From NCBI GenBank assembly GCA_021613535.1, contig CP075494.1:12896001-12960000 (forward strand): a stretch of DNA of 64,000 nucleotides, in the 5' to 3' direction. The DNA is from Adineta vaga (lineage: Eukaryota; Animalia; Rotifera). The notes under the pieces are model-generated. The model worked only from the letters and a program-made list of their open reading frames with translations, searched no databases and was not told where the DNA came from. The position numbers were made by a program, and so were the translations under genes. Below are positions 1 to 13,200 of this stretch, in pieces. The stretch's first letter is position 1. The number at the start of each line of letters is the position of its first letter.

Positions 1-11
1 ATTTGGCTACG

Positions 12-94
12 AAAGGTTAAGACAAGTGAAAAACTGATTAGTTTATCTTATATTTAGGTATATTCGTCTTTGAAAAGGTTAAGACAAGTGAAAA
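12..94 (+). repeat. 21-bp direct repeat AAAGGTTAAGACAAGTGAAAA (12-32, 74-94)
   Basis: Two exact copies 62 nt apart. Confidence 0.7.
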
Positions 95-707
95 TGTATC
101 AACGTACTTTGTCCACGATTTAAAATATCCTGTAAGGAAACAAAAGTGAAAATGAAAGAGACATAAAACATTTAAATTCTATTCACAACTCGCAAAGAGA
201 TTTTCAATAATTATTGTTACGTACTATCTTGAGAGCCCTGAAAATTTACGCGTTTTTGTTTGCCTCACGTTTTGATTCTCACTTTCAATGACATTTAAAA
301 ACTATTTTTGTACAAAATAATATCTATATGTTTCCATCGATCGATAGATGTCGATACCACACGGATCAACTGCTTTCATGTCATCATATCTACATGATAA
401 ATTCGTTTTATTTTTATTGATAAATTTTTTCATTCATTCAAAATTGAATTATATTCAACAGAGAAATTTTTAATTTATTTAACCAAATTTTCATCCAATG
501 ATTACGTATTCTACACGATGGCCATATGACATTCAAATAAAAATGGATGAATGGTTTGGATTGCATTGGATCTTAGTTTCATTTCATATGCATTATATAT
601 CATTTGTTTTTTTTTAAACACATTTATTTACTAATATACACGATGTGTTCGTGGATATTTATCGTTTATGTTTAATTTAGATAAAATAAAATTTCCTCGT
701 CGAAACA

Positions 708-1031
708 ATGACGAAGGGTACACAATCGTTCGGTAAACGAAACTGCAAGACCCATACATTATGTCGCCGATGTGGTCGTTCATCATACCATTTACAACGA
801 CAACGTTGTGCTGCTTGCGGATTTCCATCAGCCAAAACTCGTAGATATAACTGGAGTGAAAAAGCTCGTCGACGAAAAACAACCGGTACTGGTCGTATGC
901 GCCATTTGAAAGTCATCTTTCGACGATTTCGAAATGGTTTTCGTGAAGGCACCGTAGCTAAATCACGTAAAGGACAACGTCAAAATGCTGGTGCAGCAAC
1001 ATCAACAGCTCCAGCTACAACAAGCAAATAA
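708..1031 (+). CDS. RPL37: 60S ribosomal protein L37 (eL37), intronless CDS, with Ala/Thr/Ser-rich C-terminal extension
   Basis: [36 protein letters not shown]...[19 protein letters not shown] is the canonical eL37 zinc-finger sequence. Confidence 0.98.
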   Translation: MTKGTQSFGKRNCKTHTLCRRCGRSSYHLQRQRCAACGFPSAKTRRYNWSEKARRRKTTGTGRMRHLKVIFRRFRNGFREGTVAKSRKGQRQNAGAATSTAPATTSK

Positions 1032-1633
1032 AGAACGAAATACAGTTTGATTGTTTTGTTGTAAATCCTTGGGTAATATTCTACCACATAACATAACAAG
1101 AAATTTGAATAAAAACAAAACAAGATCGTTTGTTTAATTGTCTATTGTTTTTCTTCTTCTTCTCCTCCTCCTTTCTCCATCTTCGCGAACAAATAATTGT
1201 GCTTCAATGATTTAAAACCTTTAGTTTCTGAATAATTCCTGTAGATTAAAAAAGTCTATTGAATTTCTTCAAATGAGAAGCACATTTACTATAGATTCTC
1301 CCTGTTTATTAAAAGTTGAGTTATTTAAAAATTAGTACGAATTGTGTTTTTAAAAGAGTTTACAACGCAACGAGGATGAACATTTTATAGTCTCGTTCGT
1401 ATGATAAAGAACTGATTATTAAAATAAATTCATTGACGTTCTGAGTTGCGTGTAATTCGAATATCGATTGACTTCTCATTAATATAAGTTGACATCAGGA
1501 GAGAAATTCATCTCTCAGGCCATTATTTTCATTGTTTATTAGTAATCACTGAAGCCAATTCCTGAACCTAGATTCGATCATTTTCTTTTATCAATTTTAA
1601 CCATTGAATTATTTTCTTTAGAAATATTTTCAG

Positions 1634-2683
1634 ATGAATAACGTTATCAATTCGTTGAAAAGTACTGCATTAAGTATTGGTGAAACATTTACACCAGTAC
1701 TTACACAATCGAAATTTCGTGAAACCGGTGTTCTTACACCAACGGAATTTGTTGCTGCTGGCGATTTTCTTGTTCATCATTGTCCAACATGGAAATGGGC
1801 AACCGGTGATGAAAGTAAAGTGAAAAGTTATTTGCCAAAAGAAAAACAATTTTTAATAACGCGCAATGTTCCATGTTATAAACGATGTAAACATATGGAA
1901 CATAAAGATAATTTAGAAAAAATTGTCGATGAAGAGAATGGTGATGGTGGTTGGGTTGATACGCATCATTATGCTGATAGTACAGTAACAGAATCACGAG
2001 AACATGCAGGACAAATTGAAGCATCCGGTGGCAAACAAACGCAAGTTACAGTAGAAGATGATAACGAAGATGATGATGACGACGCTGCTGATATGGAAGA
2101 ATTTGAACGTAAAGGAATGATCAATAACGATCCATTAGAAGCACCAAGTAAGATTTTCTTGTTTTATTTATTAAACGGCCGATAATTTCTATTTTTATTT
2201 GTTATTTATAGCAACAACAAATTCTACGGCAAGTGCATCAACAACTGATGATAGTGTTGTACAAAATACATTACAAACGCGTACATATGAGTAAGATTTT
2301 TCTATCGAAATTTCTTTTCTACTATAACTATTTATAGTCTTAACATAACTTATGACAAATATTATCAAACGCCACGTCTTTGGTTAACCGGTTATGATGA
2401 ACATCATAAACCATTATCCGTTGAAAAAATGTACGAAGATATAAGTCAAGATCATGCAAAAAAGACAGTCACAATGGAACAACATCCGAATTTACCCGGC
2501 TCAGGACCAATGCCAAGCATTCATCCATGTCGTCATGCTGATGTCATGATGAAACTTATTCAAATGGTAGCAGAATCTGGCAAAGAACTTGAAGTACATA
2601 TGTATATTATGATATTTCTTAAATTTGTACAAGCAGTCATTCCAACAATTGAATATGATTATACACGTCAGTTTAATTTATAA
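1634..2683 (+). CDS. ATG3: Autophagy E2-like enzyme ATG3, 3 exons (~1634-2146, ~2211-2290, ~2338-2683)
   Basis: [27 protein letters not shown]; acidic flexible region; [13 protein letters not shown]; catalytic SIHPCRHA; C-terminal IPTIEYDYT; GT-AG introns join the frames. Confidence 0.97.
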
Positions 2684-3062
2684 AACAAGTCTACATATGA
2701 ACAGTGAAAAATAATCAATTATCTAGTTCATTGATTTCTATTTATTTATTTTTTTTCTTCTTCTTCTTCTTTCTCCTTATGTATCTTGGAGCCGTTTATT
2801 GATTTTCTTTTCTTTTGTCTCTCACTGTTCACTCTTCTATTTTTATTCAATAAACATCTGTGTATAGCCGCGATATAATTCTATACATTCTCTCAGAATT
2901 TGCCGTTAGAGAAAGTACAGAACACAAAAAAAAATCTCAATAGCCAAGACAGACGACCTACTGTCCGTTATCAAAGCGAAAGAAAAAGAAGCGAAGTTAC
3001 AATGACTGAATATATAATATTCATTCGAACGAGTTTATACTTTCGGTTATTGTATAACTGAT

Positions 3063-4636
3063 ATGTTACTTGTAGTGCTCTTCGTATATATTCAACTATC
3101 GGTACAAATTGAAACTGAATACAAACATTTAGGTAAAGAAAATAATATATTTAGTTTAATTTAATTGTATTTTGTTAATAATAGGCCGACCCTGTAAAGT
3201 AAACCATTGTGATAATGAACATGTATGTGTACGTCGAAAAGATATTGATCTGCAATATCGTTGTGTTCCGAAAGTTTACTTTAAACATCAGTAAGATATG
3301 AATTTGATATGCAAAGACACAAAGTGTTTCTTGATAATAGTCCTGAAAAAATAGCTGAATGGAATTTAAGTCCATCGATAATGGATGAAATACTAAATGC
3401 GACTAAATGTCAATCATGTTTAACTGAACCATTAAATTATGTTTGGTAAAGAAAAGTATTATTATCAATCTATATTGTATTCACTTTTTTTCTCGATACA
3501 CAGTGGAACTGATGGACGTGTTTATCGATCACCATGTTATGTGAACTATTTCAATTGTTTGTTAGATACTGATATTCAAATAGCATGCGATAAAGAATGT
3601 CCATGCAACGATATAAGTATGATATGAGTTTTTCTCGGAAGAATTTTGAAAGTAATCGTATTGTAGGTCTGGAAGAATCATTGAATGAAGAAGTGGTACA
3701 TGAAAAAGTTTTCTTTCTTCTTTAAATTAATTTTATATATAATCTAAATTTTAGGATTCAAATGTTAAAGAAAAACCTATTGGGTTCGTTGGAGATAGTT
3801 TTAGAATATTTCTCTTGAAAAAGTTGCTCTTTTTTTTTAGTGATCCTTTAGCTGATGACAGTCCAAATGACCCGAGAGGACGTATGAATAACATTTTTAT
3901 TGAACAATAGAACATAACTTTCTTTTATTCAGACTTTGATCAATGTCCTCGATCTGTCCAACGTGAATTACGCAATCGTTTCTTTGATTGGTTTCATCAA
4001 ATCGAAAAACTTGAACATAAGAGTCAATATTATGGTAGACATAATTGTTGTATTATTCTCTCTTTTTTTTTACAAAAGTTCTTCAGGCTCAATTGATAAT
4101 TGTCATCCAATGGTTTCCTACATGTTCTATCATTTTGATAGTACAAATGATTCCGAATTGAATGATGATGAATTGAATAGTATTGAACATTTAAATGATG
4201 AATTATGTACGGATATATTCTTTCAACGATGTGATCATGATGATAATCATCGAATATTTCCACATGAATGGTGTAATTGTTTTCAATATGCTCGTAAATC
4301 TAAAACGATAAAATAAATTTCTCATCTATGTTTTCATTTTTAGTTTTACCTTGTGAATTATACAATCAAGATTTAGATAAAGCTTATTGGAATCATTCAA
4401 TGGAAGGAATCTTTCGTCCACGATGCAATTCTAATGGATATTTTGCTGAAAGACAATGTAATACAGAAATATCACGACAATGTTGGTGTGTGGATAAACA
4501 TGGAATTGAAGTTGAAGGCACACGAAATGATGATGATCATATGCCACAATGCGGTATGTGTTAAAGCAAATGTTTCTTCAAATTAGAATTTTCTTATATT
4601 TTAGATGAACTTGAAGATTCAAGAACCAAGAAATAA
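3063..4636 (+). CDS. Testican/SPOCK-like secreted protein (signal peptide, follistatin-N/Kazal, SPARC EC calcium-binding, thyroglobulin type-1), multi-exon
   Basis: Spliced frames give MLLVVLFVYIQL signal; PCKVNHC..EHVCV; VC|GTDGRVY.SPC..CPC (Kazal); ELRNRFFDWF and CHPMVSYMFYHFD...EWCNCF (EC domain); QCWCVDKHG (thyroglobulin-1). Confidence 0.88.
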
Positions 4637-6199
4637 AATAGATTAGAACGTTTTTTTCTTTCAATTAGATTGTAATTTCAATAAAATGCGTAGTTATTAG
4701 TATTTAGTTAGTTGAAAAAAAAACAATTTTATAATGAATCGGAAATAAAGAACAGGTCATGTAAATGGATCTATTAATTAAGAATATCATTTTTCACTCA
4801 GGCAAAAATACATCTATCACATAAATCTTCTACGTTTCAAACTACTAGATATATTATCATAATTTTTTTCATCGCAAGTACACTCAATACAAATGAAACA
4901 ATGAAATAGGTGTTCATATATTCTGAATTTGTTAGTCTAACTGCAATATTAGAGTAAACTATTTAGGTTAGATTACATGTTAAAACAATATGGTTGTATT
5001 TACTGATATTATTCTTTCGAATTCAAGCATTAATTCATCAATTAAGGTTTTTACAATAAAAAGAATACATGCGGAAAAGATCCTATTCATCATTCGCTTT
5101 ATAATTCACAAATTTTAAAATAGAATCATCTATTACGTCAAACAAGCGAAAGTCATTAGTGAAAACTACGTTTACATTTCATGTCGATATTGTTATTCTG
5201 CTTTGTAAAACATCAATACGAATCAATCCCTATTGCTTTAAAAACCATCGTTGATCTATTTCTTTAGTTGTCCTGTTAAACTGTTGTTTCGATCATTTAT
5301 GTAAAAAATCTGACCTCATCTTGTTATCTATATTCTTGAAAACAGATAAGAATATCAATTCTACTTTATATAAACTAGATTTTTTTTTCTCTTCCAAACG
5401 AACGGAATTGACAACAAGTAACTCATTCAGAAACAATTTAATTTCTTACATACAACCTTTTTTTTCTTCCTCCTACTCATCAGTTATTTATTAATTGAGG
5501 TATCATAAATTCCTCGAGGGAATCAAACATTCAACAAATATTACCAATCATGATACATTTAGGTTTGTATTTACATGTATTTCCCTCGTTTTTGATATTC
5601 AATTAATCAAAAAATAGTTGATGAATAAACAAAAGCAAGTAAAAAAAGTTCATTTTTATATTAGACACCTACATGCATTCATATCTACAACTATTGACCA
5701 TATAAAATCATATGTAGAAATTCTCGGATACAAAAAAGGAAGTAAAATACACGTATTTTCAACTCGATCTTTTTCAATTCTTAGAGTAAGTTAGGGTAAA
5801 ATCACACGCGTGCGATATAGATCAAATAACAAAGAAATAATATTTAACGGACTTTTTTTTATTTATCGTAACTAAATACTTTGAAAGGGAAATATCATAA
5901 AAAATAGTCAGAAATATATAAACGAACGTTATTAGAAATGACAGCATTTAGTTAGAGAATTCTTTCGCTATTAAACTCGATTTTAACAAAATTCAACTTC
6001 TCGTTTCTAAAGTAAGTGTATTCAATATTGTCTCTTACCTGTTTTTGAATACATCTATCGTATAGGATTAATAAATGACAGATTCATCACTCTATCTCTT
6101 TTCTTTTGTCTAAAATAATATTGAATATATTTGATAGAGTGACGAAACTACTTCAAGGGAATATACGCAATGTAAGAGCGTAGGAGCATAATTTCAAAC

Positions 6200-6246
6200 T
6201 GACTCACGTAACGAAAAGAAAAAGATTTGCAAATATTTGTATAAAA
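6200..6246 (+). promoter_or_regulatory. Putative promoter of the neuropeptide gene: AP-1 site TGACTCA (6200-6206) and TATA box (6240-6246)
   Basis: Exact consensus motifs about 80-120 nt upstream of ATG 6322; function not tested. Confidence 0.4.
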
Positions 6247-6321
6247 AAAGGGAATAAATACATATCGCACAATCGTCTATTTTTTTTTCAAGTTCATTTT
6301 TATGTTTTTAGAATTAACAAC

Positions 6322-6709
6322 ATGAATCATTGTTATCTTTTACAACTTTTTCTCATATCTACACTTTTTATTTCACTATCGTTGACACGAACAATACCCT
6401 CGAAAAAATTGGAATCTGATGAATATGAAAGTAAGAATACTAATCTTTTCTTTTCTTTTTTTTTATATAAATTGGTATCTTTCTTTAGAACAATTAGATT
6501 CCGAATCTGAAATCTCTGATATAAACTATAGTTCTGATAGACAATCCGACGAAGAACCTGAAGTTTACCAGCGATCAATTTTAAGTACATCTCGTGCATC
6601 TGCAACTCGTCAACAAATCATTGATATTCTTCGACAAGCTTATAGTCAAGGCTGGAAACCTAATTTAAAACATTACATTCCCGGAACAAGATTTGGTCGA
6701 CATCGTTAA
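6322..6709 (+). CDS. RFamide neuropeptide precursor, 2 exons (6322-6430, 6489-6709)
   Basis: Hydrophobic signal peptide, acidic spacer, and C-terminal ...KHYIPGTRF-G-RHR* (RF, amidation Gly, basic tail); phase-1 GT-AG intron joins the two ORFs. Confidence 0.8.
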
Positions 6710-6851
6710 TCAGTCTGTTATTTTATTCCGTCGTTTGTTTGTTTTTTGTATATATAGCAATAATTTATTTATTCTATTGTGCAAAAAGAATAAGGAAAAA
6801 GAATATATTTATATATATATAGATGTATGTTTGGTTTCGTTTTTAATAGAG

Positions 6852-8333
6852 TTAATGATAAATACGTCGATTGATATCGACAACTTCGAATGACCATTGA
6901 AGTTCCGTTTTTGTTAAACTTTTAAAACATTGTAATTTATATGGATCAATAATAATACGATCTGATGATGTTGTATTAAGTAATTTTCCCGCGATCATAA
7001 CATAATCACCTAGAAAATAGATGTACAAATAATTGAATTTCTTATTCGGAAGCATTGAGTCGCAAAATAAAATCCCTTTACATCTGCAGATAATATTCCT
7101 ATGTGTATTTAATGACTCAGTAAATCGATGTGTCAACAGATGATACATAGACAACATTTAAAGGGAAAACGTATCATATATCAAAAGTTGTTTTATGCGA
7201 GTATACATTGTGTTAAGTCAGGCGCATAGGCTGACGAAACTTGATCTAAGAACTTGGAATTAAAACATATAGGTGTTTTACATGAAATAAAGTAAACTGA
7301 TCATAAATCATATGATCATGAGTTTATTTTGACATAGAACATATTAAGAAACCTACGCTTTGCAGATTTCTTTCTTGATATGAGTAATCACTTCATAATT
7401 TCATTTGAATAAAACTACATTATAATCAATTTCAAGATCCTATTCGTATCTAGTTTAATAAAGAATATCTTTCATCATGGTACTCAATAGTGATGCAATG
7501 TGCAACGTTTTATCTGTCAATATGACGAGTCATATTGTCAAGTAGTAGTCACAATCAAATGTAACTATTGCACCGTTACTCATCATGATAATGCAGTTCG
7601 TTACTAAAAACATTACTCATCAGATTGCAGTCATATGTTTTGATTATATTGTACTCAGAGACAAGTCATTTGATATTAAAAGACAATAATGTTGATATTT
7701 TGTACATTATACCTTCGACAGTTAACCATGGATCTTTCACACGCGCATTCATTTTCAGTTCAGCTTGACCTGTAGCATCTTCGATGATGATTATACCAGC
7801 ATTTTTATCAACCTAAAAATATAATAAATCAGAGATCATTTTCGATACGAGGAAAAAGATGATTCAATAAATTCATGTGGACTACACGTAGTTGACATAT
7901 ACATATAAGCTATACTTTTATTCAGGTCAAATGAGATAAGAGTCTGTACTAAGTCCATATATTAAACGGTATCTCCATATGGTATTTATTTGGACTTTAA
8001 AATATTTTTTTTTGCATTAATATCATTTAAAAAATCTGAACAAACATGATATTTATCAATTGTAAATCAGTTATTGAGTAAGTTTGTTCTTAAAGCGATT
8101 GATAACGAAAAACACGTCCGTATATGAATGTTGTCTTTTTCACATCATGAAGGATCGATTCATCTCGAACTTACTTTGATACAAAGTCCTTGTATCCAAA
8201 CAAATTGAAATTGATGAGTTATTCCATTTCGTACAATTGTCCATTGATTATCATCCTCAGAAATATTTTTCGCCCGACGTAAATCTCCGATGAATGATTT
8301 CCGCCAAACTGTATCAATAAATTGTCCAACCAT
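6852..8333 (-). CDS. RMI2: RecQ-mediated genome instability protein 2 (OB fold), 3 exons 8333-8175, 7812-7713, 7009-6852; 138 aa; largely missed by the ORF track
   Basis: Spliced protein MVGQFID...FVWIQGLCIK|VDKNAGIIIIEDATG...VEG|DYVMIAGKL...LQWSFEVVDI matches RMI2 motifs VWMQG, D.SG, GKYVMV.G and WELEV.D; splice phases close to 417 nt. Confidence 0.82.
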
Positions 8334-8456
8334 TCTTTTAAAGCGACAATCTATTTCTCAATCAAGAAAAACAAAAATGAATCAAAATCTGCAGACAAGA
8401 AAAGAAAAACGACTAAAAAAAAATCACAATCATGAAAGTAAAAAGAAAATTTTCTA

Positions 8457-9810
8457 TCACAATAAATCATAAAAATAGTCAAGACCTTGACCACCATCCC
8501 AAATCGCAATACCAACATTCAATTTCATTGCTAATTCTAATCGTTCATGGATGGATTTCAATGTTGGATAGAATATAATTGTTTGTGGTAATTGTTGTTG
8601 TTGTTGTTTAGTTGGACGTGATTGTACAACAGTGACATGTTCATGCACACGAGGATCGTAGATAATCACTGCTGTTGAAAAAGATTTTTTCAAAAAATCC
8701 ACATAATCACGACCAATAATTGGTTTCATTGCATATTGTTGTTGATCAGTTTTTCCTTTTGCATCGGCTCGATCATATCGATAACCATAAAAATTAAGAC
8801 CCAAAAAGACTTTGACTGTACCTTCGATTTCCGGTTTTGAAAATTTCTCCATCGTGTTTTCAACCCATTCTATAGATGAGTCAAATATAAAAACTATATA
8901 TATATATATCATCAATAGATTTCAATAACATACCTAATGGAGCGACTGGACCTGGTTCACGATTAGGAAAATCATATGTCATAATACTAAAACCATCTAA
9001 ATGTTCATATAACATTTCGAAATCATTTTTATCAAATAATTCATCATAAGGTGGAATAGCTAAAATAATTTCTTTCTTCGTATCGTTCACATTTATTTCA
9101 TGAACATGCTCAGCAATATGACTAATGATATGATTTATTGTTGCTTTCGATGCTCCACGAAATTGCATGAGTAATTCAAGAACATAACCATCAAATAAAT
9201 CATTATGTTCAGTAAGAAATTTAGCAAATGTTCCTGCTAATTGTTGTTTTTCATCTTCGGATTCAAATAAAGCATGAATATCATCCGCAGACCATTTTTC
9301 AAAAATAACACGTGGAACAATTCGTACTTTCGGATTATTTCCTTTTAATAGTTCAACCCATTTCTTATCGATATCATGTGTACCTTCGATAACGTATTTC
9401 TCTGCACTCGTACGTTTAATACTTAACCAAACAGGTGAAATATAATCGAATTTTTTCGTAAAGATTTTGGCAACATCATAACCATGAGAATTCCATGGAG
9501 TTACATAAACAAGTGTTGGATGAGTGAATTCTCGTGTTTCTGCACATGTTGAACAATAAGATTCATGATTTTCAAGAATCGATTGGGGATTTGTATTTTC
9601 TGTAACTAGATTACGTTGTAAAACATTGCTTTTTACTGGCGGAGATGCTTGAATTGTTGCAGGTGATGGCGATGCTTGCACAGTTGGTGACGGTGTTGAT
9701 ACAACTTTTTCTGGCGAACGAGTTGATGTTTTACGACTTCCAGGTCCTATTGTTGTTTCAATAGAACATAATAAACAACAAAATATGACGAAAGAGAGAT
9801 AACGTGTCAT
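8457..9810 (-). CDS. CHID1: Chitinase domain-containing protein 1 (GH18-like, SI-CLP), one intron 8870-8933
   Basis: Signal peptide; YVTPWNSHGYDVAKIF..KF.YISPVWL; G.HDID..W; SIMTYD; PGPVAPL.W; LGLNFYG; FYPTLKSI..RL.LA; GQGLDYFYDLL C-terminus. Confidence 0.95.
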
Positions 9811-10293
9811 CTAAAATACTTCCGATGCATTCATTTATTTTCATAGAATTGCAAAATTTATGGAAAAAAACAATAACTATGATTCAGTAGTATAACATCA
9901 GGAAATTAGAATTCAACCAGACTGTCTCGTATTCAAAAAAAAGTCAAATTAACTAGATTCTTATTTCTGTAGTTTCTGTGACGACAGGAAAAAAACAGCC
10001 AGTAGTAGTTTTACACATGGAAAAGAGAAATCATTTTCCTCTTCTCAAGCACATACTAATATTGACAAGAAAAAGAAGCTCGTAGAATGCTCTCTCTCTC
10101 TCACTCACTCACTTGATGGATATCGTATTATAAGTTACCAAAAGAAAAATACAATGAGTAAAATCTATTTTAATAAAAAAGAAAACGACGTACAGTTATC
10201 AAGAATGAACAGATCTATCAGTAAAATAAGAAAAAAATAAAAATAAAAGTTATCATCTTAGAAAAAAAAACGATTCACAAAATAAAATGTAAA

Positions 10294-13200
10294 TTATGCA
10301 TTTAATGACGTTGGTAAGGCTGGATTTTGAAGAAAATTCATACGTTGTTTTTGTGTTCGAGATTCTGTTACCTAATGAAAAGATCAACGCATAATTCAAA
10401 GCAAATGAAATCAATTTGTATCTCACGAGTTTTTGTAATTCAGTTAATTCCATTGCTAAAGTTTTGATCGCTTTATTTGCATCTTCCATTTGAAATCGTA
10501 TTAAACGATTATCTTGATCTTCTTTATTTTTTTCTTCTTGATTATCCAAACTACTTGTTCGCATACGTGGAAACCATTCGAGATTTCTTTGCTAAAATAA
10601 AATTGTCTTTTTTTCTCTCAAATATTAAATAACAAAAACAAAACAAACTTCAATCATTTCATGAACATAACTTTCTGGACCGGTATATTCTGTTGGATCT
10701 TTTACATGAATTAAAACCATAAAATAGACATAATTCCACATATTATGAACTTTATGAATGTGATCTTCAAATGTCACATGTTTGTTATCAAATGATTTAC
10801 GATCGAGTCCTAGAAAAGAAAAGGCTTCAAACTCTATTATCATTTAAATCAATTATCTTACCACAAATGAAACATGTGTTCCGAAGTACTTCATCGTTTC
10901 TTTGTTTTTCTGTACGTAAATCAGCAAAATTATCAATAATAACACCAAAAATCAAATTCAATGTAATAATAATAACGATAAAGAAGAACATCATATCATA
11001 AATAACTCGAAAGAAATACAAAGGTTCCTAACACAAAGAAAACACATGTTTCGATAATCTCGGATGGAATCGTTTTCTATTTACTTGACTCGATGGTTGT
11101 CGTAGAACATCACCAATACCACCACCATTTCGTAAACCTTTGTTCAATGTTGTAACAATACACATAAATAATGTATCACAAGCACGTTCAACTTCGTTCT
11201 CTCCTACATCTTCCGGTAATAAAATTGGTACTTGAGTCGCTTGACGAAGATGACCCGTTAATGTATCATTCGAACAATTATCTTTCGTACAATATCGATT
11301 TTCTAGATTTTGTGAAATTGTTGTCGCTAAAAGAAAATCAAATGATTAATGAATGTCTGTTCAAATGATAAAGATAGTAAAAATAACAAAGAAGACAATC
11401 ACGAACAACAACTAGTTTGGCATACATGTCAACGTTATTGTTTTAATCAAATGATTTGTTCGTCGATATCGTAGATAATGTTTTCGTGTTTGAATATTAG
11501 TTAGAAAATCATCACGAAAAAAGACAAAACCCACAAGAGAAAATAGATAAATAACTATTAAAGCTAACATCATAGTTAACATGATTGATTTGCCATTTCG
11601 TGTCACTGATTGTATTACATAAGATAATGTTGAATCTCGAAAAATCATATCGAATAACTGGAAAAATAAAGATTAGGATTAGAAATGTTTTGTTTTTCTT
11701 TTTTTGTTAAGAAATATTCAAAGATAAATAAATAGCAAGAGAAAGCTTATTCGAAATGAATAAATCATATGAGACTTACGAGAGAAAGTTTTATTATCTT
11801 TCAATGTGAAATTTATTGTTTGATCTTCGATTTCCAATGCTTTCGTTTTAACTTCCATAAGGAAATCATCTTGGATAAATAGATAACCGCAAATAGCAAA
11901 GAGATAGATGATAATAACAGCAAAAACAGCTGTTAAAATAACAGATTTAGCATTGCGAACAACACATTGAATCACATTCCACAACGTATCTTCACGATAG
12001 ACAACATCGAGTAACTAAGAAAACAATTATACAACACAAAACGAACAATAAGCATTTCACTTACCAGTAAACTATAGAAAAATTCATGTACACATAAGCC
12101 AAATACACAAAGAGCGAGATAACCCACATGATAAACTAATTGAAAATTTGTTAGATTTTCATAGCGTGATCTGGAAAATGTGCCATTATTTCCCATGAAA
12201 CTAACTAAAAATACTCCTTTATTCAAAACCTACAAACAAAAAGTAGAACATCTTTGATAAGGAGAATTCAATTGATTAGGAATGTTTTTTATACTTGTAT
12301 TGCGCCCATGAACCATAAAGTTGGTCCAAGGCCAATCGAATAAATAGATCTAATAATGGCTGCAACAAAACACATGCGCATCGTTGTTACATTAGTTTTT
12401 ATTAGAATAGCTATTATTGTAAATAGGAATACACTCCAAATAGCTGCTGAAGCACGTGAATCAAGATCTGATGAAAAGAAGAAAAGCAAACCCATAGAAA
12501 ACTTCAATGTTTCAGATTCAATAATACTACCTTTTAAACCTTTGTTAAATGGATAAAAAACAGCGACAAGAATATTGATTAATACTGCAAAATTGAATGA
12601 GATATCACTCCAGAGTGACATTTGAGATGAAAACCAATATAATGTTGGTTGATGACGTAATTTTCTTTGCCATCTCATTTCTTCAAAGATTTCGGGAAAT
12701 TTACCAAAGAAATCTTTGACTTTCGAACCTTGTTGATCTTGTTCACATGTTAGAAAAACTTTCTGTTTCTTTTCATTAGTTAAAAATTCACATAATTGTG
12801 GAACAGGAAAGACAACTAGTTAAAGAGACATTTAAATCAAAACAGAGTAAATCAAAAAAAACAAAACATACTTGGTTCAATAGATCGATCATGTCGAATA
12901 ATTTCAATTTCAGCGGTATGTTTATGATAATAGGATAATGCTTCATCATTTAATGTTCGATGTTTCATAAGAACTTCTAATTCACGATGATGACGTGATA
13001 ACTAAAAATACATTAACATCAAATTGAAATAATTCTTTACAATCGCTTACTTGATACGCAAGAATATACATATTATGGCCAACAGTTTGTGCAACATTAT
13101 CCAGATTATCGTTCTTTTCTTCTTCTTCATGTTTTTCTTCGGAATTTTCGATTTCTTTATGTTCAATTTCTTTTTGTTTACCACGAGCATAAATTTGACA

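Noticed and set aside
11105-11130. GGGIGD filter as a ryanodine-receptor signature
   Set aside because: Common in invertebrate IP3 receptors; IP3-binding residues and overall size confirm ITPR
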